From: Lama guanicoe
Taxonomy: Eukaryota
NCBI GenBank assembly: GCA_013239625.1
Contig: MU054187.1
Span: 7,536,358 to 7,600,357, forward strand
Direction of reading: 5' to 3'
Length of the DNA: 64,000 nt
Below the pieces are notes generated by a model that saw nothing but the letters and a program-made list of their open reading frames with translations, ran no database searches and was not told the DNA's origin. Below are positions 24,094 through 35,630 of this stretch, piece after piece (position 1 is the first letter of the stretch; each line of letters begins with the position of its first letter). Made by a program: the position numbers and the translations under genes.

Positions 24094-25177
24094 TCAAATT
24101 CAAAATGGACTAAAGACTTAAATGTAAGACTTGAAACTATAAAATTCCTAGAAGAAAACAGCATACTCTGTGACATTGGTCTTAGCAATACTTTTTTGAA
24201 TATGTCTCTTCAGGTAAGAGACAAAAATAAACAAATGGGACTATATCAAACTAAAAAGCCTTTGCACAGTGAAGGAAGCTATCAGCAAAATGAAGAGGCA
24301 GCCTGCTGAGTGGAAGAAGATATTTGCAAGTGACACATCTGAAAAGGGGTTAACATTGAAAATATACAAAAACTCATACAGCTCAATATCAGAAAAACAA
24401 ATAACAAAATTAAAAAAAAAAGTGGGCCGAGGACCCTAATAGACATTTTTCCAAAGAAGACATACAGATGGCCAACAAACATATGAAAAGATGCTCAACA
24501 TCACTAATCACCAAGGAAATGCAAATCAAAAACATAATTAGATACCACCTCATCCCTATCAGAATGGCTATCACTAAAAAGGCAACAAATAACAAGTGTT
24601 GGTGAAGATGTGGAGGAAAGAGAACCCTCGTGCACTGTTGCTGGAATTGTGAATTGATATCACTATGGAGAACAGTATGGAGACTCCTCAAAAAATTAAG
24701 AGAGAATGACCATATGATCCAGCAACTTCACTTCTGGGTTATTTATCATAAGAAATCAAAACAAAACATGGAAGGATCTAGAGGATATTGTGCTAAATGA
24801 AAAAAGTCAGAGAAAGACAATTACTCTATGATCTCACCGATACGTGAAATCTTTGAAACAAAACAAACAACATAAAATGAAAACAGACTCATAGATGCAG
24901 AGAATAAGCGGTGGCTACCGGAGAGGAGGGGAAAGAGGGAGGGTGTGAAATAGATGACGATTAAGAGGTACAAACCTCCAGTTATAAAATAAATAAGCCA
25001 CAGAGATGCAGTATACAGTGTAAGGAATGTGGCCAATAATACAGAAATAACATTGTATGAGGACAGATAGCTACTGGACTTATCCTGGTGATCATTTCCT
25101 AACGTACGTAAATGTCAAGTCACTATATAGTACACTTGAAACTAATATAATATTGTATGTCAATTATATTTCAATAG
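24091..25177 (+). mobile_element. L1 (L1MA-type) ORF2 C-terminus and 3' UTR, disrupted
   Basis: 'tcaaaatggactaaagacttaaatgtaaga', 'atgaaaagatgctcaacatcacta', a Cys-rich domain remnant 'aagtgttggtgaagatgtgg...tgcactgttg', and 3' end 'gtcaattatatttcaat'. Confidence 0.92.
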
Positions 25178-25474
25178 ATTTTTTTCTGTTGAATCAGGAA
25201 ACTGGGATCTTCCTATGCAATTGATCTTCTTTAATTTCATGGAAATTATGAATTTCACAACTATTAATTATTAGCCATTAGAGAGGTTCTGAATTTGGAC
25301 CTTTCCCCTGGGAACTAATTACATGTACTTTCACAGCATACTTGGTTTACATGTGACTTTGTACAATCTTTTGCCATTTATTAATTGTGTGCCTTCGTGG
25401 TTTTGCTTGCTTTTATCTGGATGATCGTATGTATGTCTTTGAATTTATTTACACTCAATTTGGATGAAATGAGC

Positions 25475-26220
25475 TTGTCAGTTAGAATTCTCTGTTGCAA
25501 GACATAGAAAGTTCCTTTCAGCAAGTGGGGAGTTCATTCTGCTATGCAACAACAACAACAATCCAGGGATAGAGTTGGTTTCAAATGTTGCTTGACCACG
25601 GGCTCAAGTAAAAGCCAAAAGGATCTTTTCTTCCCCTTCTCTCTACCTCCCATTGCAGTTTTCCAGTTGGCTTCCTTTTCAGAAAAGTTATCTATTTGTT
25701 TGACAATAACAGTATATCTATAAAAGGTTCATCCCGAATGTAGTACTAGCAAGGATTCTCATTTACTAGAAGAGGGGCAACCTTTTTGTTCAGTTCAGGC
25801 CTTGAACTGACTGGATGAGGCCCACCCACATTAGGGAGTGCAATCTGCTTTACTCAGTCTAACAAGTCAAATATTAATCTCATTTGGAGATATTCTCATT
25901 GACACGCCCAAGTAATGTTTGACCAAGTATCTGGGCACCCCCTTATCCCATACATAAAATTAACCATTAGAGTTAGCTTTCCTAAAAACATCTGCAATTG
26001 TCTCATTTGGTCTGATTCACTTGATTTTGGTAGTGTGTCCATCCCTGATCTATGTTTGAAGCCAGGGAGTGTAATGTATGATTTTTCTGAGCCTAGATGG
26101 CATGATGCACCCTGGCTGGGGGGATGGTGTCAGTAGTACAGAGGAGGCATAAAGGCTGAGAGCAGAGAGTGGTTTTCTGAAGTCCAAATCAGACCACATC
26201 TAACACAGAAAAACTAGTGG
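25475..26220 (-). mobile_element. Ancient MaLR-type LTR interrupted by an MLT2 fragment
   Basis: 'tgtcagttagaattctctgttgcaagacatagaaa' start and 'tgattcacttgattttggtagtgtgtccatccctga' segment flank the MLT2 piece. Confidence 0.45.
25770..25969 (-). mobile_element. MLT2 (ERVL) LTR fragment
   Basis: 'actgactggatgaggcccacccacattagggag...atctgctttactcagtct...aatgtttgaccaagtatctgggcacc...cataaaattaaccat'. Confidence 0.88.
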
Positions 26221-26954
26221 TTGTTGGAGCAAAACAAGGGAAATAAGTCCATTTGTTGGGGTACAATTAAAAATGTAATGATAGTGAGTTATTTTTCAGC
26301 ACTCTGAAAACCGAAAGTATTGAATTATCCTCTGTGGCCTCTGGAATGGTAACTTGTCAGGGGTGACCACAGAATAGTGGGATTGGCTTTCTAACTAACA
26401 TAAAAAAATTATATATTCAAATGAGAATAGCATTTCAAGGTCATTACCTTGGGGATTTATACACATAATGTTAATGACCTCTAATTGAATGTCTGCTCTT
26501 TCAGGAATTTTAAGAATGTAGCTCAGAATAAACAACATTACTTTAAAGGCTGCCCACCAAATTCTTCTTAAAATCAGCCTCTCTGGGCATAACAAGAACA
26601 TCCTTGGGAGTGAGAAGCAAAGGTAATCACACTGATTTTTAAAAGAAATGTAACAGAAGCTTTGGTGGTTGGGAGTAGAGAAGGAGATATGAGGAAAATA
26701 TTGGGAGAGGGAACAACTTTAGTAGGAAGGTTGGTTGGGAACAGGAAATAGGCCACAGCCCTTCTATTATTTATTCTATTAATACCCTTTTAATATCTAC
26801 TAGGCATAAATGCCCTGATGTTTTGGAAAAATCAGGGAAAAAGGATTTTGCCCACAAGAGTGGTCCAGCCACAACACTGTGGGGGCAAACCACAGAAAGA
26901 ATGCCCCCAAGTGCCCTGAGGCATTCCTGGCTGTTGAAGTTACTACTGCTCGAC

Positions 26955-27200
26955 TGACACAAAGCAGCCATGGTAGTCAAAACAGGGTGGCTCTGGCATG
27001 AAAATAGACTTATGGATCAGTGGAATAGAATCAAAGCCTAGAAATAAGCCCTTACACACATGGTCAACTTATATTTGACAAGGAACCAAGGGTAATCAAT
27101 GGGGAAGAGACAATCTCTTAAATAAACGGTGTTGGGAAATGTGGACAGTTACATGGAACAGAATCAGACTGGACCCCATTCTCACCCCACATACAAGATG
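26955..27200 (+). mobile_element. L1 ORF2 internal fragment
   Basis: 'gtagtcaaaacagggtggctctggcatgaaaatagac...gatcagtggaatagaat...aaataaacggtgttgggaaa'. Confidence 0.85.
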
Positions 27201-27969
27201 ACGACGTTGAAGTGACTAAAAACCATATACGTCGATTTGCAAAATTCAGTCACATTACTTCAGTACTTTACATGTTTAAGCTTCCTCATTTCTTTATGTT
27301 TGGCGTACTGTGTTCTATTTATGACGGTCTGCAGTGAAAATTGGATTAATACTTCATTTTAAGATTTACTTGTCATAAAAATCCTCTTTTGTCAAAAGGT
27401 ACCCTTGTATGAATACCAACTGTCTTATTTTAATGTAGTATTAAAAAGTATTGTAACTAAAAGGAAACCCTTTTCTCAAAACGTAAGCCATTGACCCGCT
27501 CTTGTAAAGATCGCCTTGGGGAGTCAGGGGACCAGGTTCATAGAATTGACTATAATAGCTTCTCCAATGCCATTGTATCCTGGCAGGCATATACTTCTTC
27601 AGGGACTCCTCAGAATGCACGTGACAGATTCAATTGTTTAAATACACGCTTGGTGAATTTCTCAGATGCCTTTGTTGGATTGGAGATTGTGTGCACCCTG
27701 ACAGTAAATCCTGTGCAGTAAGTTATCAGTCTCCTAAAGAATTTATCTTGACGTTACATAGCATTCAGAGTACTCGTGGTCTTGTGGGCTAAGGGGTTCC
27801 CAGGCTGGGGCACTGGAGAGCAATGCTTTACATGGTCTCTTTGCAGATTCATCTTTAGTGTAAAATAATTACTTTTGATCCTTTTCAACTAAACTAAATA
27901 CATTAAATTGAAATTTCTTGTTCTTTGAGAAAAAAAAAGTTGGGTTTTTTTTTTTGTTGTTGTTGTTAA

Positions 27970-28380
27970 AACAGAGTTGGTTCCCAGCTCAATGATGCCA
28001 TCAAGGACCCAAAGTTTTCTGGTCTCTTGATCTACTGTTCTTGCCCATTGGTTTAACTCGAGGCATCACAACTTTATATTCAAAGCAGTAAGGAAGAGAC
28101 TGGGGTATAATACTTTGTCCTTATGAAGCTTTGCCGTTTTATTTAGGATTTTGTTAGCTTCCCCAGACACTTTCCCTTCAAGTTCATTGGCCAGAACTTG
28201 GTCAGGTGCCTCCCTGTGGACCATTGGCTGGTTTAGACCAATTATAGAGCAGAGGAGGGGCCATTCTTTTCTAAGAGCGTAGGCTCTCTCCTGCCTTTAG
28301 AACACAGAATCCTGGGTTCTACTAGGAGGGAAGGGTTGGGTAAGGTGATGAGATTTGTTGAATAAGCAATGAACAACGTG
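27970..28380 (-). mobile_element. Ancient MaLR-type LTR fragment
   Basis: 'cagctcaatgatgccatcaaggaccca' and 'ttcattggccagaacttggtca'. Confidence 0.5.
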
Positions 28381-31300
28381 TGCTGTGTGGCCGAGGTAGG
28401 TGTGTGAGGAGGAGGTCAAGGGCGAAACAAGGCTGAAGGAAGATTTGCTGCCAAAGAGTACAGGTGATGTGTGTCGCAGAGGGACAATTTAGAGGCAGTG
28501 AGTGGATTTAGAGGACTGTTAGGGAAAGTTTAGGTTTATAAGGGCAACGTAACGTGTCTGTATTTGATTGGAATCAAGAAAAAGGAAGTAGTCTGATCTT
28601 TTAAAGGAAAAAATATTATAGCACTGCATGAGACTCAATGCAAGGATTAAGAAAAGTTGATGAAAGAATGAAAGACACCTCCACAGTTTTACCTCAGGGA
28701 ACTGGAAGACCAGGGCTGACGTTAAGTCTGCGGTAGTTGAGATGGGGTGCTGATCTGGGGGAAGGAATGGACCCAGGCTTAAAACTCAATTCAGTTCAAC
28801 ATCATTTACTGAGGACTGACTATGTGAAAGCAGTGTGTCAGGCAGAGCCTCAGGATTTGAGAAAAAGTGTAAATATCTATACTTGGCCCATTGGAGAAGA
28901 AAGGAATCAATCAAACACATGACGTTTAAGAAGGTTTTTAGCGCCCGATTGCGCACCATGCAGGGCAGGTTAGGTGGTGGCCGTCTGTGACTACGTGGTT
29001 CCTTGATACAGCAGGATTTTAGGGGATCTGCAGAGGGCTTTACAGAAAAGCAAAACAAAACATTTCTAATATGAAGGATATATTCCTTGGTGATGTGTAT
29101 CCTTTTATACCTATTTTAAAATGAAAATATTCTGAAATTTGAAAATTGGGGGAACTTGGGAGTCAGAGAAGAAGAGGAAGAACTGGAAAGAGCTTGAACA
29201 GGAGATAATGAGGCTTTCCTGCCTGGCTGGGGGCTGCCCGGCATTCAGGCCCCCTTATGGCCTCTTGTATCTCATTTATGTGCTTCAGCTATCTAAAGTC
29301 AGCAAACTCACCCCCAGATTTGCAGCCTTCCACTAAATGATATGGATCCAGCTCAGGGAGATGTTTGGAAAATTTAACAGGGAAAAAAATCTTGATGAGA
29401 ACAGATATTTTTAAAGACAGAGAGAGAAAAGAAAAGGGAAAAAAAAGAAAGAAAATGCTGACATTGTAATCGGATTTAGCTAAATGAGACTGGAACCTCA
29501 GGAGAAAACTAGAGGCAAGCCTGAGATAAAATCAGAAATAGCATTTTTTTTTATTGGTGTGATAAATTTGGTAAACAGCTTCTCTGCATCGCTGTGAAGA
29601 AAATCTACACTAAAAGAATCTGTTTTGATTTTAGACATTTTTTAGAAGGTTATTTTAATTTAATTAATGAGAAATCATAGGTTAATTGCCTCCAGCTTTA
29701 ATGTGAGGGTATTATGCATGCAGGCATATTTTATTTATATCTCGACTGTTTGATGTACACAATCAATTCAAAAAGGGATAATGAAGAGGTGTTCTGTCCT
29801 GTGTGGAATAATAATTAGGGACTCTGGTACAGAATATTTTTTTATTAATTGTGCTGCTCAGTAAATATGTCTGACATAATGCTGAGAAAAGCATTTGTCA
29901 AATTTTACCGATATTTTTTCTCTGCTCTTTCCTTTTGTTTTCTGCAGATTTTTTTTTCCTGAAACTTCATACTAACCCTATTTTCCTAAGCTAGGAACCT
30001 TCCCCAATCCCAACTGCCCCCCTCCAAAAAAAAAACCCTAACAATTTGATTTAGAGACTTAGGACCACCTGCTAAGTTTGTTGGATTATGAAATTCAGGA
30101 AATTGTATCGGACACCTGGCTGCAGTTTCAACAAGGTTTACTTATATTGTTAGGGAAACGGGAATCTGATTTTTTTGTGGGTAAGTGGAGACCACATCAG
30201 TCTATCCTGCAGTAACATTAGTGGAATCTCTGTGGCCTTTTGATTGTTGTGTAATTTGCTAGACAATTTGACGTGTGACCCTTGCTCCTTCTTTACCATG
30301 GACTTGGGCGTGGTATCTCAAGACTCTTCTTCCCTGTGAAATACAACCATGGCTTTCTCTTTGACCAGAGTACAAGCTATGTTTCCAGCATTGTTAACCA
30401 AATTTTACTTCATGACAATTCTGCCCTGTCGGGGGCATCAGACAGTTTTACAGAACATTTTCCACAGTTTTGGGCAATGATTTGAACTCTTGAATGTTCT
30501 TTTCAATCCCCCAGGGCGTATTTATTGAAAAATTTGTATTTGCATCATTTTTTTTTCTCGTGGGCAATAGGCATAGATGAAAGTTTCTAAAATATTTTTC
30601 CTTGAAAATCCATACAGCCAGGAGCAAACTTCAGGGGCCTGGCATGTGCAGCCCAAAATGTGCATATTTTGGCTCCTCCTCCTGCGTTGGCCCTCGCCTC
30701 TTCTGACAACCGTTTTTCACTTTTTCACCAACCCCCAACTCCGTCACCTCAATCAGCTGATTTTTCCAACTTCTCTTCTCCAAGCTTTCCTTAAGAGCAT
30801 TTCGGCAGGAATATTACACCTCAGTTAAGCCCGTTGCTTCTAATGCCACACGATGCAGAGCTTTCTGCTGAGCCACCAATGCCCAGGAATGATTCTTTGG
30901 CCTGAAGTAAGTCATACACGTGAGAAGGACAGAGAACCATATTGCTCTAAAAATCAAATGCAGATTTCACAGCTCCTTCTCCCGATGTCCAGTCCAAACA
31001 GAGCTGACGTGGAAGTGACTGTGGTGATAACGTTCAAATGTGGTCACCATCTAGTGCCTGTTTGGTGGCCTATGTTCTATGAGCAGGTGGTCCTTGTGTA
31101 TCTTTGAGTGGCCAGCTGTCCACGTCACACAGACCACTGTCACATTAGTGTTAACTGGCATCTTGGTTGTAATGATCTGTGGAAAAGCCAAAGCTTGAAT
31201 AGATTTCACTATATTATTCCTTTCGGCCTTAAGAACTCTGGGTCAAGGCTGGCAAACATTTCTCTCCCTGTCCTTTTTTCCTTATTTCCCACCTGAAAGT

Positions 31301-34174
31301 CTGAAGGGTCTAGAATAAGCGATACCATTTAATTTATAGAAAACCAAGTGCACCTCTTGTTAACCTTCGCCACCCTTTTTATCCTTCGCTGAGGTAAGAG
31401 CTGCCCAAAGGAATCTTCAAAGAACTTTATGGAATTTAGAAAAGGTCAATTGTCTGTTTTGACTGTTCTGTAGATGATTTGTCAACCCCCAACTTTAAAT
31501 ATTAGGAGTTTAGAAATAAAAGTACGCTTTCCTTTGTAGATTTAATTTGGTGGAGGGGTGGGGTGGTCGTCTGATCTATAGGTTGTGGCTACCAGGAGGA
31601 CCCGACTGGAAGAGAGTCTCTGACTCTGTGAGGAACCATATAAAATCACTGATATTTGGACCTAGAGACTTGGCAGTTTGGTATGGTTTAACTTAATACT
31701 TCTGCCTTTTCAGCTTTCAGGGTTTCCAGGAAGCATCTATTTCCTTAAGTGAAATATTCCTATATCATAAATTCTTGGCCACAGGACTGGTATTTAAAAT
31801 AAGCTTACCGGAACCGACTTGAGCGATGACGTCTCCATCACCTTAGACTACTATTAGGATACTGTTAATATGTCTTTCAAAACGATCATGCCTTCTGAGC
31901 TTAAGTTCCTTGAAAGGAATAAAGAGTTTTACTTGAATGAATTTTAGTTAGAAAAATAGGCACTATTTAACGTCATGCACATATAAACTGTTGACATTTG
32001 GAGTCAACCTACAAAAGCAAGCCTTAATCCTTTTTAATCCATTCATCGTATTCCCCTCACACAGAGAGAAAGGAAACATACCTAAGAAGTTAAATAATGT
32101 TCTGGATGCGGTGGAAAATTTTTTGTGCTTCATAGTCAGTAAATTGGCTTGTAGTATTTGCATCAAAATAACCCACTGGCCACTCCTCAGCCCCGTCCTT
32201 GTTCACTGGCCTCACGTGGACACCCCTTGTTCTCTCTCTCTCTCTCTCTCTTTTTTTTCCCAATTTCTTTAAGTGCCACACAATTCTTTGTGCTGCACAA
32301 TGAAACCTTTGATTGTTAACTGGTATTTTTTGTTTCATATTCACATTTGTGTCCCTAGATAATCACTTAAAGTGAGGTTTTAGTATTTTGATTCCTCCAA
32401 GAACCGAATACTGTGCCAGGTAAATAGGAGGAACCTATAAATGCTAAACAAAGATAGGACCCTGAGCTCTGTAAACAGATTCAATTTCCTAGGTCCGATT
32501 TTTGAAATTAAAATGAATAAAGTAAGCAACTTACACATCAAATGGCGTCCAGATATTGATTTCTGTATCAAAAGGCCAGGGTTTGGAATACATTGAGCCA
32601 TTATAAGAAAAGTGAAAGCAAGACTGTCCGTCTTTTATGCATTCCATTAATTCTAAGGATTTCATAGTTCTGAATCAGAACTAACTGTGTTAACAAATTA
32701 TGTATGCTGAATTAGTCCTATTACTCAAGTCCTGTTCTCTTTCCTCTGCGGAATATTTGTCACACAGATATTTAAATGGAATCAGGGCCGTACATAATCA
32801 TGACACAATACTTTGTCAAAGAGAGGACAAAGTTAATCAAGTTGGTGAGGGATCACACATCTTCCCTACCCCGTCTTACAGGCTCGCGGGGAAGTAGACT
32901 CTGAAAGAATTGGCCATTATTCAGGAAGCAGAATCAGAGCACCTTAGGAAAATGTGGTAAAATCTTAGTCATTAGTCCACGTATAATTTTCATTCCTTTG
33001 ACAATTAAGCACTCTTTACTGTAAAAAAGAGGTTCTATTTAGTGTCTGTCAAATCATTCTGGAAAGAAAAATAAAGTGCTTCAGCATGAAACAGAATAAA
33101 TCACAACTGGCATGAGTTAAATAACGAAATTAAAATCAAGTTTCAAATTGTCTTACTTGAATCATCAGCTCAGGGATCTGCTCAAAATGGCATATTGCTA
33201 CCCGGGAGGCAGCAAAGGAAGAGCTAGAATATGGTATTTTGACTTTTTCTATTCATCCTTTTCCTCAAAAAAGGCCTTGGTAGGCTGAAGAGTGTCTCAC
33301 TGTGGTTGCTGGAAAAATATGTGGGCCAAGAGCTCTTCTTCCATTCAAAAGACCTGCCGGTGTGGCCCAGATACAACCCAGGACCACAAAGAAGGGAAGC
33401 TTAGGAAGAGAACTGTGTTAGCAAGTCTGGACTGAAGCACAGATTGAAGCAGCAAATGGAAGCGATGGTGGGAAGACATGATGATATTGCAGGGGAAAAA
33501 TGAAAGTATTAGGGAAAAATCATGTGGTCTTAAAATTATGAAAAAGGTAAATAATGGAAGGAAAATAAGAAACCCATTGGGACCTGTATGAAAAATCAAA
33601 TGCTGTTCAAGAAATCAAATGTAATCACCTGCTACTTGGCTACACAGTGAACAATAGCTTTGTGGTCATAACTAAGTGCTCGCTGCGTTCCATTTTAAAG
33701 TTCAGGATAACCCTTGTAGGGTAAAATACCGACCACATATTTACGATTGAAAACAGAGTGTAAATAATTATCACCTTGTCAGTGTAAAATGTAGATGGCA
33801 GTGTTTGGAGAACCAAAGGTGGAGAGACAGCTAAAGGGGAGGGTGTCTACAGAAGAGAAAAGAATGGCTAGGCCAAGTGACATCACCACTTGTCATTTTG
33901 AGCTGTTGCTGACTTGTTATCCACAGATATTTAATTTACACTCCATGTGAGGGAGGAAGGGGGTTCCCCATGACTCATTCAATAACAGTGTCATCAAAGT
34001 TGGGATTTTTGCCATTCTTAACTGTGAAAAGACACTTCAGCGTAGTTTTAATTTATTTTTTGTTATAATGAAAAATAGAAACAATACATTCATGTGTTTA
34101 TGAACCATTTACTATTCTCATCCATATAAGTTAAGCTTTTTTTTTTCCCTCAGAATGTTATCTTTTGACTTTTT

Positions 34175-34311
34175 GAGGGGGTGGTGGTAATTAAGTTTGT
34201 TTGTTTGTTTGTTCATTTATTAATTCTTTGTTTTAGTAGAGGTACTGGGGATTGAACCCAGGACCTTGTACATGCTAAGCATGTGCTCTACCACTGAGCT
34301 CTACCCTCCCT
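34175..34311 (-). mobile_element. tRNA-derived SINE (camelid vic-1-like)
   Basis: Minus strand GGGAGGGTAGAGCTCAGTGGTAGAGCACATGCTTAGCATGTACAAGGTCCTGGGTTCAATCCCCAGTACC with Pol III A and B boxes and an A-rich tail; degenerate TSD tcttttgactttt (34161-34173) / tcttctgtctttt (34314-34326). Confidence 0.9.
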
Positions 34312-34331
34312 CCTCTTCTGTCTTTTATGGC

Positions 34332-34380
<49 letters not shown>

Positions 34381-34405
34381 CATCCATCTATTTATCTATC
34401 CATCA
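34332..34405 (+). repeat. (CTAT)12 microsatellite with degenerate tail
   Basis: Directly visible; a copy of identical length starts at 37236. Confidence 0.97.
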
Positions 34406-35544
34406 TTTATCTCAACAGTTTTTATAGCAACATTTAAAATATGTTATATGACTAAATTAACCAATCTTTTCTTTCATAGTTTCTAGCTATTCCCATTCTG
34501 AGACAGTAAAAGAATTCTCACAGAGTTTCTTGCTTGTTCCTTTGTGGCTTTTTAAATTTATTTATTTAGTTTTAGTTTGGGATCCGTCAACTTCATCCTG
34601 TTTCAATGTGCGAGGTATGCCTCCAACTTACTTTTTCCCCCTCAGAGCTTCTCAGTTTCCCCAGTTCTTCTGGAATAGCCTATCTTTACTCAGAGAACTT
34701 TTCAATAATACAGGTTGTCAGAAGCCACACTCAGACACTGTTTTTATTCAGTAAATTTTGGTGGGAGAACAAAAGAAAGTCCCAGGCCACTTGGATGTAC
34801 AACTATGTTTGTAAATCATAGCAAAAAGTCTCAGTCTGGAGGTGAAGATGAGAGAATTTTCTTTTTCTTAATGAATGTTATCCATATGGTTGGCTGGAAG
34901 CCTACCCTTTATTTGGAAGAAGCAGCTGTTCTCCAGAAGTGACTTGGTAATATATTTGCCTGAATATGTTTCCATCGATAAGACACAGTATCAGCAGGTT
35001 TATATACTGACCAGTCTCCTCTCAAATGATTCTTCGGGCTTCATATTGGAGCTATGGGTAGCTTTATTTTTTTCAGCCAAAATATTTAAGCGTATTATTT
35101 TGCTTAAGTTGGATAAGATTTTTGCCCTTTGAAAACAGAAGTGCCCTACTTTTAGGAGGAAACAAGCTTGCTAGATTCTTCTTTCCTAGTAAATTGGAAA
35201 AGGTTTAGACCTATGAGTTCATACTTGAGTTCAACCCTTAAGTAAGCAGACCCTGTGGCATTTGCATTTTGTTCTGTCCCTCAGTCTCATTTACAGGCAG
35301 CAAAAAGAAGCACAGTGCTGTCTGAGTTGGGACCAGGAACTGGGTGGATGGAGTAGGAGGTTTGAGCCGTACAGAAGAGTCACTAACACATGGGCAGCCT
35401 TTCCACTGACCTGCCATGGTCCTTGGACACTTAGTCCTTAGACTGGATAGCAAAATAAACTTGTATTAATGGAAAGCAGGGGTTTATGTATTTGCTTTCC
35501 AGCAGGAGTTCTAGCTGAGTCTTACCACCATCACCTAACATCAG

Positions 35545-35630
35545 GTTAATTCTGAACCCAGCTGCCTATCAAAATACTTGTGCAGTGTTCAAAAATACGG
35601 ATGCTTGGATCCCACCCACGGATTCCAGAC
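35545..35630. mobile_element. MER5-like hAT-Charlie fragment (duplicated at about 38441-38526)
   Basis: 'ctgaacccagctgcctatcaaaatac...aaaaatacggatgcttggatcccaccc'. Confidence 0.5.

Noticed and set aside
34245..34311. tRNA-like sequences (also near 40500-40570 and 60860-60930)
   Set aside because: They have A-rich tails and TSDs and are mutually diverged, so they are SINE heads rather than tRNA genes.
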